A DNA stretch of 63,945 nt, filler included, from Saprolegnia diclina VS20 (Eukaryota): assembly GCF_000281045.1 (NCBI RefSeq). It is 7 parts of 3 records of this genome, joined end to end, with 100 filler letters (N's around TTAATTAATTAA, not from the genome) between each part and the next. Parts side by side here need not be neighbours in the genome. Positions count along the whole stretch, not along the records: positions 1 to 24,266 come from NW_008246072.1; 6 more parts are not named here. One strand, given 5' to 3'. Below the pieces are notes generated by a model, which saw only the letters and a program-made list of their open reading frames with translations, did no database searches and was not told where the DNA came from. Within the stretch, counting starts at the first letter, position 1. Every line of letters starts with the position of its first letter. Both the position numbers and the translations under genes were made by a program. Of the stretch, positions 11,694-23,635 are shown in pieces.

Positions 11694-13096
11694 TTACGGC
11701 GCGGGTTCAAACCCGCAGGCCGTCGCTGCGGCGGTGGCAGCAGCGGTCGCGCTCGCAGCCAAAGGGGCTGCACCCAAGTGCATGTGTGCAGTTGCGAGCT
11801 TGGTCTGGAGTAGGTACACGAGCGGGTAGGCGTCGGGCAGCCCTCTCTCGGTCCACTCGACCAGCAGCCGGGAGGCGACACCGACCACAGTCGTCCAGGC
11901 CTGGCGCGCCATGGCATCGTCGAGCTCAGCGAGGAGCTTATCACACGGCGTCAAGGACGCGCTGTCGTCATGCGAGAGGACGTCGTCACTCGTGCAGCGG
12001 CCGCAGACGCAGTCAAAGCCAAAAGTTGTCGCTAACAGCTGCTGACGCGCCTGTCGCGGCTCGAGAAGGCAAAACCCAAAGACGTCCAGGTACGAATACG
12101 TGAGGAGTGCTCCTAATAAGAGTCCATGCGTCCGCTTCGACACAACATGCTGGCGTGTACCTGGTGCCATGGACTGCAGCGCTCGAAACTCGAGGGCTCG
12201 TGTCGCCGTGTTGAAACGCGGATACGTCGTTGGTCGACACGCATGGTTGATCATCTACAGGGCAGTGGTTTTGGTATCAGTCGTTGGCCGTCGAGACGCA
12301 CCTTGGCCGCGTCTGGGAACAGACCCAGGCCTAATGCTGAGCTATGGAGATCGGTGACGATCGGGTGGGCGTTGAAGCGCACGGCGAGAAGCACATCAAG
12401 CACGTGCTGGGGTGTCAGCCAGCGCTAGAGCAACCGCTAGTAGTACCCGGATGCATAAGAACAAGTTGTCGATACCGGGCGATCGAGAGACGGCAAGTGC
12501 GACAGCAGCAACTTGGCGTACCGCTCGTAGCGCTGGCGCTCCTTGGATGGCACGGCATGGACGACGAGCGTGGCCAACACGGACGCGTTGTTGGTCGCGA
12601 GCTCCATGATGAGGCAGCTCAGCGCGAGCCGGACGAGATCGTTGTCGACGGTCGGTAGCGCCTGCAGAGCTGCGCACTGGGCGTCGTGCAGAAGCAAGTG
12701 GTCTTGCATGCAGGTCCGGTCGCAGTAGCGTGCCCGCTCACAGCTCGCGCACTGCACGGCGCGGCCGCGGAGCTTGGCAAAGCAGGCGTGGCAGTGCGTG
12801 AGCAGGTGCGGTGTCGAGAGCACGGACACAAACGCATGGGCCGAGAACGCAATGTCGCCGGCTGCCATGGGCGCTGCCGCCGCGAGGACGCGCCCGATGA
12901 TGGGCGAGGCAGTCGTGTGCACGGTGACACCCGGCGCGTCAGCGAGAGGCGACGAGTCGAGGACCCTGGGCGCGCGGTGCGAGGGCACCCACGTCGTCGT
13001 CGTCATATTTGCATCGCCATACGCGACCTTGGTGAGGCCGGCGCCCGCATGCTCACGCACGACGTCGGCCACGACATGGCTCCAGACCACTTGCAT
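11694..13096 (-). CDS. SET and MYND domain (SMYD-like) lysine methyltransferase, multi-exon
   Basis: MYND finger CHAC..CASC..YCDRTC..H..C; spliced RFNAH..LGLFP..MINHAC; YSYLD; post-SET FDCVCGRC. Confidence 0.9.
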
Positions 13097-13478
13097 CGGT
13101 GCTGGCCGTTCTGAGTATTGCCGCCTGTGATTGGTTCAAAATGGAAACTCCCTATAAACAACTTGAGTTGCGTTGCAAGCCATATACGGCTCCGGGTGTC
13201 ACGCCCGGCTTGATATCTCGATAGTTTCCGACATGGTCCAGCAAAATGCCTTGGAATCGTAGTACGAGTCTATCCAATGATCCAATACGATACTTGACCA
13301 GTACTATCCAAGTATCCAAGCGCTTCTCTCTCGGGCACAAAGTTGCCTTGCGTATGCGGCGACGCGTTGCAGGCAGCGACAATCCTTCTGTCAAGCCGTT
13401 GCCCTCTGTGTCGGACAAATTGGACATGCGCAGGATCTAGAGTGCGGAAGACCATGTACAAAACTCATTAATGTATGA

Positions 13479-14214
13479 TTAAAACGCCCACTTCAGGTTT
13501 TCGGGTGCCAAGTGGGGCAAATGGGATCGCACCGCGTTTAGCCAAAGTTGATGCAAGAGCACATTCCCCTCTTTTCCCAAATGCAGCCCGTCAAAGAATA
13601 GGTTCAAATTCGCTTCTGTGGGCGTGTAGAGGTCGACGACGGGCACGCGCCGCGCGATACCGAGCGCAAGCACGGACGCAGCATACGTTGCCGCACGGTC
13701 ATTCTTCCAGAGGGTGCCCCACGGCGACCGCTCGTCGACGGCACTTGGCGTCACGAGGACAAACGCGCAGGCGGGAAATGCAGCGGAAAAGCCATTTAGG
13801 AGCGAATGCACATTGGCTTCAAACTCGTTGAGCGGCACGTGCAGCGGTGTATTTCCCGGGACCGATGCGTCGTTGACACCGAGGAAGATCGAGATGAGCG
13901 ACGGGTGCTTGTGCTCCCAGTCGGCAACGACACGTGGCAGCTGCGCTACCCACCATCTATTCGCGTTTGTCCAACGATATATAACTTTGTGATACCATTT
14001 GGTACCGAGTTGTCCGAGCCGACATGCCGCGGTTCACCACGTCGGCCTTGCGCTGGTACGCGTGCGTCAAGAGCACTTGGTACCCGAGCAAGTTGGGGTC
14101 CGCGCCAAGCTCGGTGATCGAGTCGCCGAGCATGAGAATGACGGGTGTTGGCGTCGAGATCCTTGCATATTTCTCGACGGTCGTTGGCGGCTCCTTCGTG
14201 TCGCGATCGCCCAT
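13479..14214 (-). CDS. SGNH/IAH1-like esterase, no signal peptide (2 exons)
   Basis: MGDRDTKEPP..MLGDSIT, NRG, GVND, FDGLH; intron after RTTR as in the paralogues. Confidence 0.88.
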
Positions 14215-14507
14215 CGCCAATTGGGTCGGCCTTGGCGGCGAAGATACGCGAGGTTGCGTGCTGCACACGTTCCCACGATCAAACAACCGCGCACCTGATC
14301 CACTGGCTGCGACATGTCACAAACAGTGGTCATGAAACCGCTGTTTATTCCAGTGCATGGCGGTCGACACAATCAGCAAACCAATGTCTTCAGCAAATAT
14401 CGGTAGTGTGTGTGAGCTGCTACTAGAGCCAACGACTCGGCGTCAACAACTAAGCTTAGTGCGCAGGTGACCAAATACTTTGCGTATACGAGCTCATGAC
14501 ATCGCAC

Positions 14508-15322
14508 TTAGAAGGCCCAGCCCATCGTGTCGGGGTTCAAGTCCGGGAAGTTCTTGCGGATCGTATCGAGAATGAGGCCGTGCAGCAGGATGTTGCCGCG
14601 GGCGTTGAGGTGCAGTCCGTCGTAGAAGAGTGTGAGATCGTTGTACGTTGGCGTAAAGGCGTCGACGACCGGCAGCTCCAAGAAGCCACCCATGCGCTTC
14701 GTCATCTTGGCGTACTTGGAGGCTTCCGCGTTCGACCGCCCGACACTCCACGCCGTGCTTTCGTCGACGGCACTGGGTGTAATGAGAAGGATCTTGCAGT
14801 TGGGAAATGCCTGACTGAAGGAGCCCACCATGGCATTGAGGTTCGCCTTGAACTCGTCGAGCGGGACATGCAGCGCCGCGTCCGTGCCATTGATGAGCGA
14901 CGCGTCGTTGACACCGAGGTAGATCGAAATGAGCGACGGGTGCTTATTTTCCCAGTCCTTCAACACTCGCGGCAGCTGGCTCAGCCACCATCTACAACAC
15001 ACATATGACTGCTCGAGATTTCTTGGCGGAAGAACGTACCGGGTCGTTCGCGCCGACATGCCCCGGTTCACCACGTCGGCTTTGCGTTGGTACGTGTTGG
15101 TGAGCATGACTTGGTACCCCATCAAGGCCGGGTTGGCGCCGACCTCGGTAATCGAGTCGCCCATCGTTATGATGAGCGGCGTCGGGCCGTTGATGGGCTC
15201 GTACTCTACTCGGTGCGTGAGAATTGTCGATAAATAGAAGAGCAATTCCTACCGCCAGGCATTTTTTCCACGGCGGCGACAAGCGCCAAAAGAAGCGCGA
15301 GAAGGAAGCAACGAAAGCGCAT
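14508..15322 (-). CDS. Secreted SGNH/IAH1-like esterase (3 exons)
   Basis: Signal peptide MRFRCFLLALLLALVAA; GDSIT, GVND, YDGLH. Confidence 0.88.
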
Positions 15323-15871
15323 GGAGGCGGTGAATTCAACTATGAGCATGCTATTTTCCATGGACTTGCAGCCCTTCGTACTGCTATGCTCGTCATCTCA
15401 GCACGTAGGATACAGGTGAACGACGTGCGTTCATCTGAGCCCGAAATCAGAACACCGCGCGATCGTTGGCAGCCTTTTCAAGACGGGCGTTGCAGTACGG
15501 TAGTACCCATGGCACAACGAGCTGACACCAGCAGCCAGCATATCTTCCGGATAATGAAAGAGCTGTGATTGGCCAGAAATTAGGAATTTCCGGAAAAACC
15601 ACGTGGCACATCCAGCAAGCACTCGAGCAATGCTGCCGCAAAGCGAACATTGAGTGGAATACAACCTCGCACGTGCAAAGGGTCGCAGGTTATACCCGTT
15701 ATTTCTATGCTAGTGTATAATGAATTGAAGTACTGTTGGCCATATGACTATTGGCTCTTCTTCCCGCGGTTGTGCATTTTCTCGTATTCTCAACTCGAAA
15801 ATATGAATGGCATCACGATGGTACGAACGAAAGTACTCGCATAGTGAGTAGTATTCATCGAGTAATGGCGC

Positions 15872-16690
15872 TCAGAAGGCCCAGCCCATGTTCTCAGGTG
15901 CCAAGTCGGGATAATACGAGCGCACGGTAGTGATGAAAAGGCCGTGCAGCAAGACGTAGCCGCGGCTGTTGAGGTGCAGTCCGTCGTAGAACAGAGAAAG
16001 GTCGTTGAAGGTCGGCGTAAAGAGATCGATGACTGGCAGTCGCAAGGTACGTGCCAGTCGGATCGTCGCATTTGCGTATCTGGAAGCTTCGGCATTCGAT
16101 CGACCGGCGCTCCACCCCGTTCTCTCGTCGACAGCGCTGGCCGTGAGGAGAAGAATCTTGCAGTTGGGAAACGCCTCGTTGAAGGACGCAAGCATCAAAC
16201 GGAGGTTTGTCGTAAACTCGTCAAGCGGCACGTGCAGTGCTGCGTCCACGCCGTTGATGAGCGAGGCGTCATTAACGCCGAGGTAGATCGAGATGAGCGA
16301 CGGGTGCTTGTGCTCCCAATCCTTCAGCACTCGCGGCAGCTGGCTCAACCACCACCTGCAGCGCACCCCAAATGAGACGACACCATGACATTCAGTGTGA
16401 CCGTACCGCGTCGTGCGACCCGACATGCCCCGGTTCACCACGTCGGCCTTGCGCTGGTACGTGTTGGTGAGCATAACTTGGTACCCCATCAAGCTCGGGT
16501 TGGCGCCAAGCTCCGTGATCGAGTCGCCCATCGTTATGATGAGGGGCGTCGGTCCGTTGATGGGCTCGTACTCTGCACACCAGAGTGAGTTTCTCATCGT
16601 TGTCAAATTTAGCTGTATACCACCCGGCATTTTTTCAACGGCGGCGACAAGCGCCAGAAGCAGCGCGAGCAGAACGCAGACCACACGCAT
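15872..16690 (-). CDS. Secreted SGNH/IAH1-like esterase (3 exons; introns read through in the ORF track)
   Basis: Signal peptide MRVVCVLLALLLALVAA; same SGNH blocks; close paralogue of 14508..15322. Confidence 0.9.
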   Translation of the reverse strand: MRVVCVLLALLLALVAAVEKMPGGIQLNLTTMRNSLWCAEYEPINGPTPLIITMGDSITELGANPSLMGYQVMLTNTYQRKADVVNRGMSGRTTRYGHTECHGVVSFGVRCRWWLSQLPRVLKDWEHKHPSLISIYLGVNDASLINGVDAALHVPLDEFTTNLRLMLASFNEAFPNCKILLLTASAVDERTGWSAGRSNAEASRYANATIRLARTLRLPVIDLFTPTFNDLSLFYDGLHLNSRGYVLLHGLFITTVRSYYPDLAPENMGWAF

Positions 16691-17106
16691 GAAGATTGCG
16701 AAATGGATTCTGGTGTTGGCAGGATAGTCTGGCCTGTCTTGCAGGAGATCGCGTGGTCTGTAGTGACGACACGCAAACAGGCGGGCGTCGTCTGAGCTGA
16801 AATCAGACTGATGCGTGGGACCGTAGTCTTACATGAAAATTGAATTTTGACGTCGGCCCGGCCAGCCACGACAAAGAATATGCATCGAAATCCACGGTCT
16901 CTCGCTCGATTGTTCGATTAATTGGAATGCGCAAGAGGCGACTGGGTGGCCAAACCGACCGAACTCGAGCCCATTAATCGATTAAGGGTTTTTGCATGTT
17001 TCACCGAACTCTCTCATTTTTGGAGGAGGACTGGAGGATGTGACATCTGCAACTTGATGAGTGTTGTTATGCTGGAAGGGTCAATGCAAGCTAATAACTC
17101 GACGCA

Positions 17107-19782
17107 TTATTCGCACTTGGGCGACGAGCCAGCATCCAGCGGCATTCGCTTGGCGGACCCTTGGCGACCGGCGTCGAGACTCGCTTGGAGGCGGTTGGCA
17201 GCGTCTTGCATCTTCTGCACGAGCTCGTATGGGTGGTTGATGAGCGTGTACACGTCCGCATTCTCGCTGTAGGCCTCGATGCAAACATCGCGAATGTGTT
17301 CGGGATACCGCCGTAGCGGGACATAGCTCTTTTTTATGGCTTTCTTGGTGCAGTAGCGGGACGCGTCGAGCTCGAACGTGGACGGGTGCTCTCCCTCAGC
17401 GAAATGCCCGATATGATCACAGTGGCGCCGACACCAATTCCACCGTTGACGTCTCGTTGTCCCTTTCGATGCCGCCAGGTCGGCGAGGCGCTCACTCAAT
17501 CGCGGCAAGCCGTGCGCGGCAAGCGCTGCCGCGACCTCGAGGCGTTGGCTCTCGACGCACGTGTCGTGCAACGGCACAAAAAAGTCCATGATGAACGTGA
17601 TGGGGGCTTCGTGGGCGGCTTCCAGTGCGTACGCGTACTCGAGCAGCCGCGCCAGTCCCGGCGCGTCATCCAATGCAGCAAAGAGCCGGGCACCGTCTTG
17701 TGCCGCACTGGTGATACCCGACAGGTCGTCTCTATCGGGGATTTCTGCAAAGTTGGTGCCGCGAAACCGGTGCATGGTCGCCGCCACGAGCCGCGCCGTC
17801 TGCGGCGGGGCGAGCTGCAGACCTGGCGTCGCAAGAAGGTCCGACCAAAAATGAGGGCGCATGCCCTCCGTCAGCGCTTTGTCAAAGATAACGTCAAAAC
17901 TCGAAGTCCCATGTGTGAGCTGCAGCAGCGCTACATACCCATCATAATCGACGCCGCCAGTCGACACTTCGTACAGGTGGATGGCAAGGTCGATGTACGG
18001 CTGCAGCGCGAGGCCCGACGGCCGGAGCAGCAAGAGAGCCGCTGGAAGAGAACTCTGCAGCCGGGTGTCGCACGTCAACGCACGCACGAGTGTCCACCGC
18101 GGCGGCAAAAAGCTCTCGACAAGCGCCAAAATTGGGGGCGGAAGGCGCGTCGCCACGATCCCACCGACGAGCGGGTCCGTGGACTCGTCGACCAAGCACA
18201 AGGACACGCGCAGTGCGTCGTTCACAAAGCGGTCGATGTGCGAAAGTTGTCCAGCCGAGCGCTGGCGCTTCAAAAGCAAACAAAGTACGGCGTCGAGTAG
18301 CTCGGTCGCGTGGCGCTGTTGCACGCAGAGCTTGTTGTCCTCGACGAGACTCGCCATCAAGTGCATGTGCATGGCGTCGGTGCTGCGGCACGCGCGCTCG
18401 ATGAGGTTCAGATAGGGCGGAAGTACCACATGCCACCCGTAGCGCGTCACGAGCGCACGGAACCAATCGCAGACGATCGCGGGCGTGGCCCAGAAGCGAG
18501 ACTCGGTCGTTTTCGAGAGCAAGTCCATGGCCAGATCCATATCTCCATACTCTAGGAGGCACGCGCCGAGCGACGCCCACGTGTCGAATGGCACGTGGAG
18601 CTGTGGACACAACTCCTCGCCGAGCATGCTGATCGTCGCCGACGCCATCTCGCGCAGTGTCTTGAACCCGAGCAAGTCGGTGCTGCCTCCGGCGACGTAC
18701 GACGACAGAAGCGAGGTCGCGGCTTCGAACCCGAGAAAGTACACGCGGTGCGTCTTGGGCCAAAACACCACATCGATCATGGTGGCGTCATTCACAAGGG
18801 CGTCGTCGCGGGCCAAAAAGTTCTGCAGGCTGTCGCGGGTGCAGGCCGCGACGACCGACGCTGGTACGTGGCACCGAGGGTCGAAGAGCACTGCGTCGGA
18901 GGATCCCGACGAAAAGACCGCGACGTCGAGGACGTTGGTGGATACTAGAAATGTGATCGCGTCGCCGATGTTGTCCGAGAGGTCGTCCATTGACGAGAGT
19001 GCGCCTCGGTGGTACACGCGCATGCCGACAGCGATGCGCGTGTAGTCGGCCACAGCGGCCACGGCATCGAGCATCTGCGCGTGCGTTGCGATACATTCCG
19101 GGTCCGTGGCCGCGGACGTCTCGGCGTTGGAGGCGACGTCGCCGTAGTCGCTGTCGTCATCAAAAGCACAACGCTCCACATCGCTGTAGCGGCCGCGATC
19201 GCTGTCGCTGTCACTGCTGTTCTCGTCGTCCTCTCGACGCATGCGGAAGACAAGCATTGCGCGGACACCCGACGTAATGGGCGCCACATGCACCGAGCAA
19301 GCGTTCCAAAAGCCAAGTACGCAGTCATCGACCGACTCCCACGTCGACGATCGGTCGTCGTACGAGACGGTGACGGCGCCACCGACAGCATCCGACGGAA
19401 GCACGTGTACCGTGGTACCAAAGGCCATGGCGTCTTCCTGCACTTGCGTCCACGATGCCGCGTCGCCGACCGTGTCGATCGTGAGCGAGTCGATAAAATG
19501 AGTCGCATTGTGCCACGGGTTGATGCCACAGCGGACGGCCTTGTACTCGGAGCGGTATGCGAGCTCGTCGTCGAGGTCAATGATCTTGTGCTGCGGAATC
19601 ACGCTCGAGGTGCCTGGAAAAAGAGCACGGAGTGCCGCCACTTGGTGCGGCGGCAAGGGCCAAAGGAGCTCTTCGTCGAATCCTTGGATGCGGAAGCGAG
19701 GTGCGACGGGCTCCAGTCGCTTGGTGCTACACGCGTGCCTCGCGAGAGCATGCATGGCGACGTCGACCATGTGTTCCGACAT
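17107..19782 (-). CDS. Large protein with degenerate N-terminal 2OG-Fe(II) oxygenase-like domain
   Basis: 891-aa ORF; FGTTVHVLPSDAVGGAVTVSY..FWNACSVHVAPITSGVRAMLVF resembles the FGTLV.LPS...GG...AFY.DC.H.V.P.TSG.R family core. Confidence 0.75.
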   Translation of the reverse strand: MSEHMVDVAMHALARHACSTKRLEPVAPRFRIQGFDEELLWPLPPHQVAALRALFPGTSSVIPQHKIIDLDDELAYRSEYKAVRCGINPWHNATHFIDSLTIDTVGDAASWTQVQEDAMAFGTTVHVLPSDAVGGAVTVSYDDRSSTWESVDDCVLGFWNACSVHVAPITSGVRAMLVFRMRREDDENSSDSDSDRGRYSDVERCAFDDDSDYGDVASNAETSAATDPECIATHAQMLDAVAAVADYTRIAVGMRVYHRGALSSMDDLSDNIGDAITFLVSTNVLDVAVFSSGSSDAVLFDPRCHVPASVVAACTRDSLQNFLARDDALVNDATMIDVVFWPKTHRVYFLGFEAATSLLSSYVAGGSTDLLGFKTLREMASATISMLGEELCPQLHVPFDTWASLGACLLEYGDMDLAMDLLSKTTESRFWATPAIVCDWFRALVTRYGWHVVLPPYLNLIERACRSTDAMHMHLMASLVEDNKLCVQQRHATELLDAVLCLLLKRQRSAGQLSHIDRFVNDALRVSLCLVDESTDPLVGGIVATRLPPPILALVESFLPPRWTLVRALTCDTRLQSSLPAALLLLRPSGLALQPYIDLAIHLYEVSTGGVDYDGYVALLQLTHGTSSFDVIFDKALTEGMRPHFWSDLLATPGLQLAPPQTARLVAATMHRFRGTNFAEIPDRDDLSGITSAAQDGARLFAALDDAPGLARLLEYAYALEAAHEAPITFIMDFFVPLHDTCVESQRLEVAAALAAHGLPRLSERLADLAASKGTTRRQRWNWCRRHCDHIGHFAEGEHPSTFELDASRYCTKKAIKKSYVPLRRYPEHIRDVCIEAYSENADVYTLINHPYELVQKMQDAANRLQASLDAGRQGSAKRMPLDAGSSPKCE

Positions 19783-20358
19783 GTGTGCTGTGGCGTGTCA
19801 CTTTGCAATGGATCAAATGTGCGGTCCTCAGCGCACTACTTTGTAACGGTCCAACAAAGTGCAATCTTAGTGATGGTCGTTTGCATCCACCAGCACTCTG
19901 GAGCAATCCCGTGCAAGCGGCTGAGAAGAACGCACGCAATCATGATTGCCACATGGATGGTTGCAGAGACTCTGAATACTTCTAGATATTGGATTCTACT
20001 AGGACTCTCCACGTTTCGGCTTGGTTTGGCTCGGTTACGAGCCGGCATGAAAATGAAGCCAAAACCGGAGCAAAATCGACCGAACCGTCGGCTCCACGGC
20101 TCGAGCTGGACTGTGGAGAATCCTAAATACTACTACGATTCAGCATCAAGTAGACAACGTCGTCTTGGCACCAGTGCGGCGACATCGTACCATGTGGACG
20201 TGTCTACGTAGCGCGAAAAATGTCAACATGGGCTCCAAACCTCAAAATCATTGGCTCGTAGTTGGACCTTCACTCACCCATCGCCTATCACTTTTGCCAT
20301 TTGACACAATGCAACAAGTTCAAGACGCAAAATTGAGGCGCAGAACCCCTTTTCTTGC

Positions 20359-22995
20359 ATGCAAAATATGTCGCGGACGATGGTCGAACTCGCGTTGTCG
20401 GTCAACGCACAGCACTGCTGTGTCTCTGATCGCCCGGCGCACCTTTTGCCACGCATCCGTGTCCACGGCTTGGACGACGACCTTACGTGGCCGCTCCCCG
20501 CCGCACAACTGGCAGCGCTCGCCGCCAAGTTTCCGGGTGACGCGATCGTGATTCCGGCGTCATCGATCCAAGTTGTGGACCCCATGCCCGACGCATCCGA
20601 CGTCATTAGCGGCCTCCATCCGTGGGGCACTATGACGTGGCACTTGGCTTACATTGCCATCGACACGCATGGCGTCGCCGACGTGTGGCGACCGTCGTCG
20701 CGGCGGGACCGACAGACCTTTGGCACTATCGTGCATGTGCTGTCGTGTGACGCGACCGGTGGCGTCGTCACTGTCACGCACGACGACGAGCCGCCAACGT
20801 CGTGGCAGCCTACGTCCAACCACACGATCGCCTTTTACGAAAAATGCTCGGTGCACATTGCACCGATTACGTCCGGAGCCCGGGTGACGCTCGTATACCA
20901 AGTCTCGCACGCGCCGTGCAAGCTCTCGGAGAGTCTCGGCAACCGCACCCACTCGGACGTTCGGCAAACGTGTCACTACTCTCCGATCCCAACCCCGACG
21001 TTGACTGCATTGCAAGACGCCGTGGCAGCAACACGTCGACACCAATGGATCGCGGTCGGCCTGCACCTGCGCCACTCGGGTCCAGTGTCGTTTGGCCAGC
21101 TCTCGCGCGACGCACAAGCCATTGTTGACTTTCTCATCGCGGCCAATTGCGTCGACGTTGCACTCCTGCATGCTGACAGTGCGATCTTGCATCCCGCGTG
21201 CCACGTACCGGCATCCGTCATTGCGGCCTGCACCCGCGACCGCCTCTTGCGCTTCTTGCAGTGGCCGCACGACGATCTACCGGCACCCGACACGATCACT
21301 GTGGTGTTTTGGCCCAAAGCCCACCGCGTGTATTTCGTCGGCCTTGAAGCGACGACCTCGCTCTTGACGGCGTACCGCAACGGCGACAGCTCCGACCTCC
21401 TTGGCTTTGCGACGGCGCGGGTCTTGACGTCCGCGGCGATTGGGCTGCTGCGTGACAGCATCAACGACCACTACGACTTGGAAGTCCACCCGGACGCGTG
21501 GACTGCACTCAGCAACCATATCGTAGCAAGTGGCGACGTGGATCTCGCAATGGACTTTTTGTGGGCCACGGACTTTAACGCGTTTTGGTGCGACGCAGAC
21601 CGCGTCAGCGATTGGTTTTACGCCTTGGTGACGCGCTGCGGCTTGCTACAAGTGCTTCCGCGCGTGCTGCGTCACATTGACGCCTCGGACCCGTACTTTG
21701 ATGCTGCCTACATGCACTTGCTGGCACGTCTCGTGGACGACAATTGCGTGCGGGTGCGCCAGCGCCATGCTACCATGGGCCTGCAAGCCGGACTCGAGCA
21801 TCTCGTGGCCCGGCGCGGCGCTTCTAAAGACGCTCTCCGGCGCGTGGACTGCTTTCTGCGTGACGCGCTGCGCGTCGCCTCGTGCGTTGCGTTCGAGGCG
21901 GCCGATCCCATCGTCGGCAACGTCATTGCGCAGCGAGTGCCGAGTTGTGTGGTCGAGCTCATTGCCAGCTTTGGGGACAGTTGCATCGTTGCTCGAAGCG
22001 TCGCTGCCAACGCGCACTTGCAGCACGGACTGCCTCGTGCGCTCTGCGCGCTCCGTGACGCGAACCTCGTGCTGCCCTTGCAGCCCTACATGGACCTTGC
22101 GCTCGCCGCCTTTCTCGCTCCGTCGCGCAGCTACCGCTATGGCATTGTGCCGCTGCTCCAGCTCACAGCTGGCTCGCCGATGTTTGGCTTGCTGTTTGTC
22201 AAGGCGATGGCTCACCCGATGCCCAACCACATGTGGGCATCTCTGATCGCGGCGTTGGACCGTGATGCGCTCTCGCTCTCGCAACGTGCACAGGTTCTTG
22301 CTACGATCCGTGCTCCGTTCAAGAGTCTTCCCGCGTCCGCCCAGATCTTTGACGCTGACGACCTCTACGACGTGCTCCGGGAACTCCAAGCCGCGGCCAC
22401 GGTCTTTGCTCGCCTCGACCACGCGCCAGGAATCGTCGCAGTGCTGGCGTGGGTGGCCGCGCTTCAAGCTGCCTATCGTGAGCCCATGACATGTCTCATG
22501 GAGGTCCTCGTGCCGCTGCACGACACCTTTCTGGGTGCGGGTCGCCGCGACCTCGCGTCGGCGATTGCGCACGAAAGCTTGCCGCTACTATACGACCGCC
22601 TCGCGTCGCTCTCGATGCCACTGCCGGCCAAAACGGAGGCTGAGAACCAGCGTCGTATGTGCGCCTGCTTGGCCTGCATCAATCTCGCGCGCTTCGTTGC
22701 AACGACGTCGCCCACCAGCTTTCGAACGATGGGCTGCAACATGCAACTGGCCTCGTTTCGGCGCGACGCGTTGGCAACGTGGCGCCGGTATCCGGTGCTT
22801 CCAACCGACATTTGCATTGCGCGCGTCTCGCCTGGACCGACGCTGCTCCTCGTGAACCGAGCCGACACGATCATTGCAAAGATGCACGTTGCCGCCGCGC
22901 GTTTGGCACGGACTCTTGCAGAAGAGACAATGCTTGAACCCACGGTGCCGTCGTCCCCAAAGCGGCAACGATGCGACGACGAGCGCGTCACGTAG
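20359..22995 (+). CDS. Paralogue: degenerate 2OG-Fe(II) oxygenase-like protein
   Basis: 878-aa ORF colinear with 17107..19782 (VFWPK.HRVYF.G, DLLGF, QPY.DLA); C-terminal CACLAC. Confidence 0.75.
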   Translation: MQNMSRTMVELALSVNAQHCCVSDRPAHLLPRIRVHGLDDDLTWPLPAAQLAALAAKFPGDAIVIPASSIQVVDPMPDASDVISGLHPWGTMTWHLAYIAIDTHGVADVWRPSSRRDRQTFGTIVHVLSCDATGGVVTVTHDDEPPTSWQPTSNHTIAFYEKCSVHIAPITSGARVTLVYQVSHAPCKLSESLGNRTHSDVRQTCHYSPIPTPTLTALQDAVAATRRHQWIAVGLHLRHSGPVSFGQLSRDAQAIVDFLIAANCVDVALLHADSAILHPACHVPASVIAACTRDRLLRFLQWPHDDLPAPDTITVVFWPKAHRVYFVGLEATTSLLTAYRNGDSSDLLGFATARVLTSAAIGLLRDSINDHYDLEVHPDAWTALSNHIVASGDVDLAMDFLWATDFNAFWCDADRVSDWFYALVTRCGLLQVLPRVLRHIDASDPYFDAAYMHLLARLVDDNCVRVRQRHATMGLQAGLEHLVARRGASKDALRRVDCFLRDALRVASCVAFEAADPIVGNVIAQRVPSCVVELIASFGDSCIVARSVAANAHLQHGLPRALCALRDANLVLPLQPYMDLALAAFLAPSRSYRYGIVPLLQLTAGSPMFGLLFVKAMAHPMPNHMWASLIAALDRDALSLSQRAQVLATIRAPFKSLPASAQIFDADDLYDVLRELQAAATVFARLDHAPGIVAVLAWVAALQAAYREPMTCLMEVLVPLHDTFLGAGRRDLASAIAHESLPLLYDRLASLSMPLPAKTEAENQRRMCACLACINLARFVATTSPTSFRTMGCNMQLASFRRDALATWRRYPVLPTDICIARVSPGPTLLLVNRADTIIAKMHVAAARLARTLAEETMLEPTVPSSPKRQRCDDERVT

Positions 22996-23635
22996 TCGTC
23001 GACCTTGATGTGCGAATAATCCGCTTGGAGGACACTCCCAACAGTGGTTTCTCGTGGTAATGAAAAGATAATCGATGGCTGCAGTGACGCGGACTTGTCC
23101 ACGCTGCTCCAATGGCGGAAATGTTGGCTGCCCATGATCGTATAGTGCAAGATCACCAACCTTTATCCGGATCGATTTTGGAGGGAGGCCCGTGGACAGT
23201 ACCTTGTCGAGGCAAAGCAAGCTCACCTCACACTGGAGAGTGCTCCAGCAGGTTAGCCACGGACCAACGCAGCACTACGCCTTCCTCCGCTTCACTGTAT
23301 CGTGGTCAATGGGACCGATGCCAACTGTGAGAGTGGCCAGCTGCGCAGTCAAGTTCCGCGCCCTTCGCACTGGCTCGACAGGCCGACATACGTGCATCTT
23401 TTGCCCCGAGCACCAGACTACCTCGTTGACTGCGGCTTCATCCATTCACTTCGCTACCGATGAGAGACATTGACCATCAGTTTCACATCCTCTCAACAAG
23501 AGGTTTCGGACCAGCACGCGGCAGGAACCGAGTACATCCACCACGCTGTCGTGTGTTGCGTTCAGCCACTGTTGCTCGATTGCGTCCAGAGTGCTGGTGG
23601 ATCCAAACGACCATCACTGATATGCCACAGCACAC

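Noticed and set aside
13152..13427. YRDIKPG kinase-like motif
   Set aside because: No other kinase motifs; short intergenic ORF.
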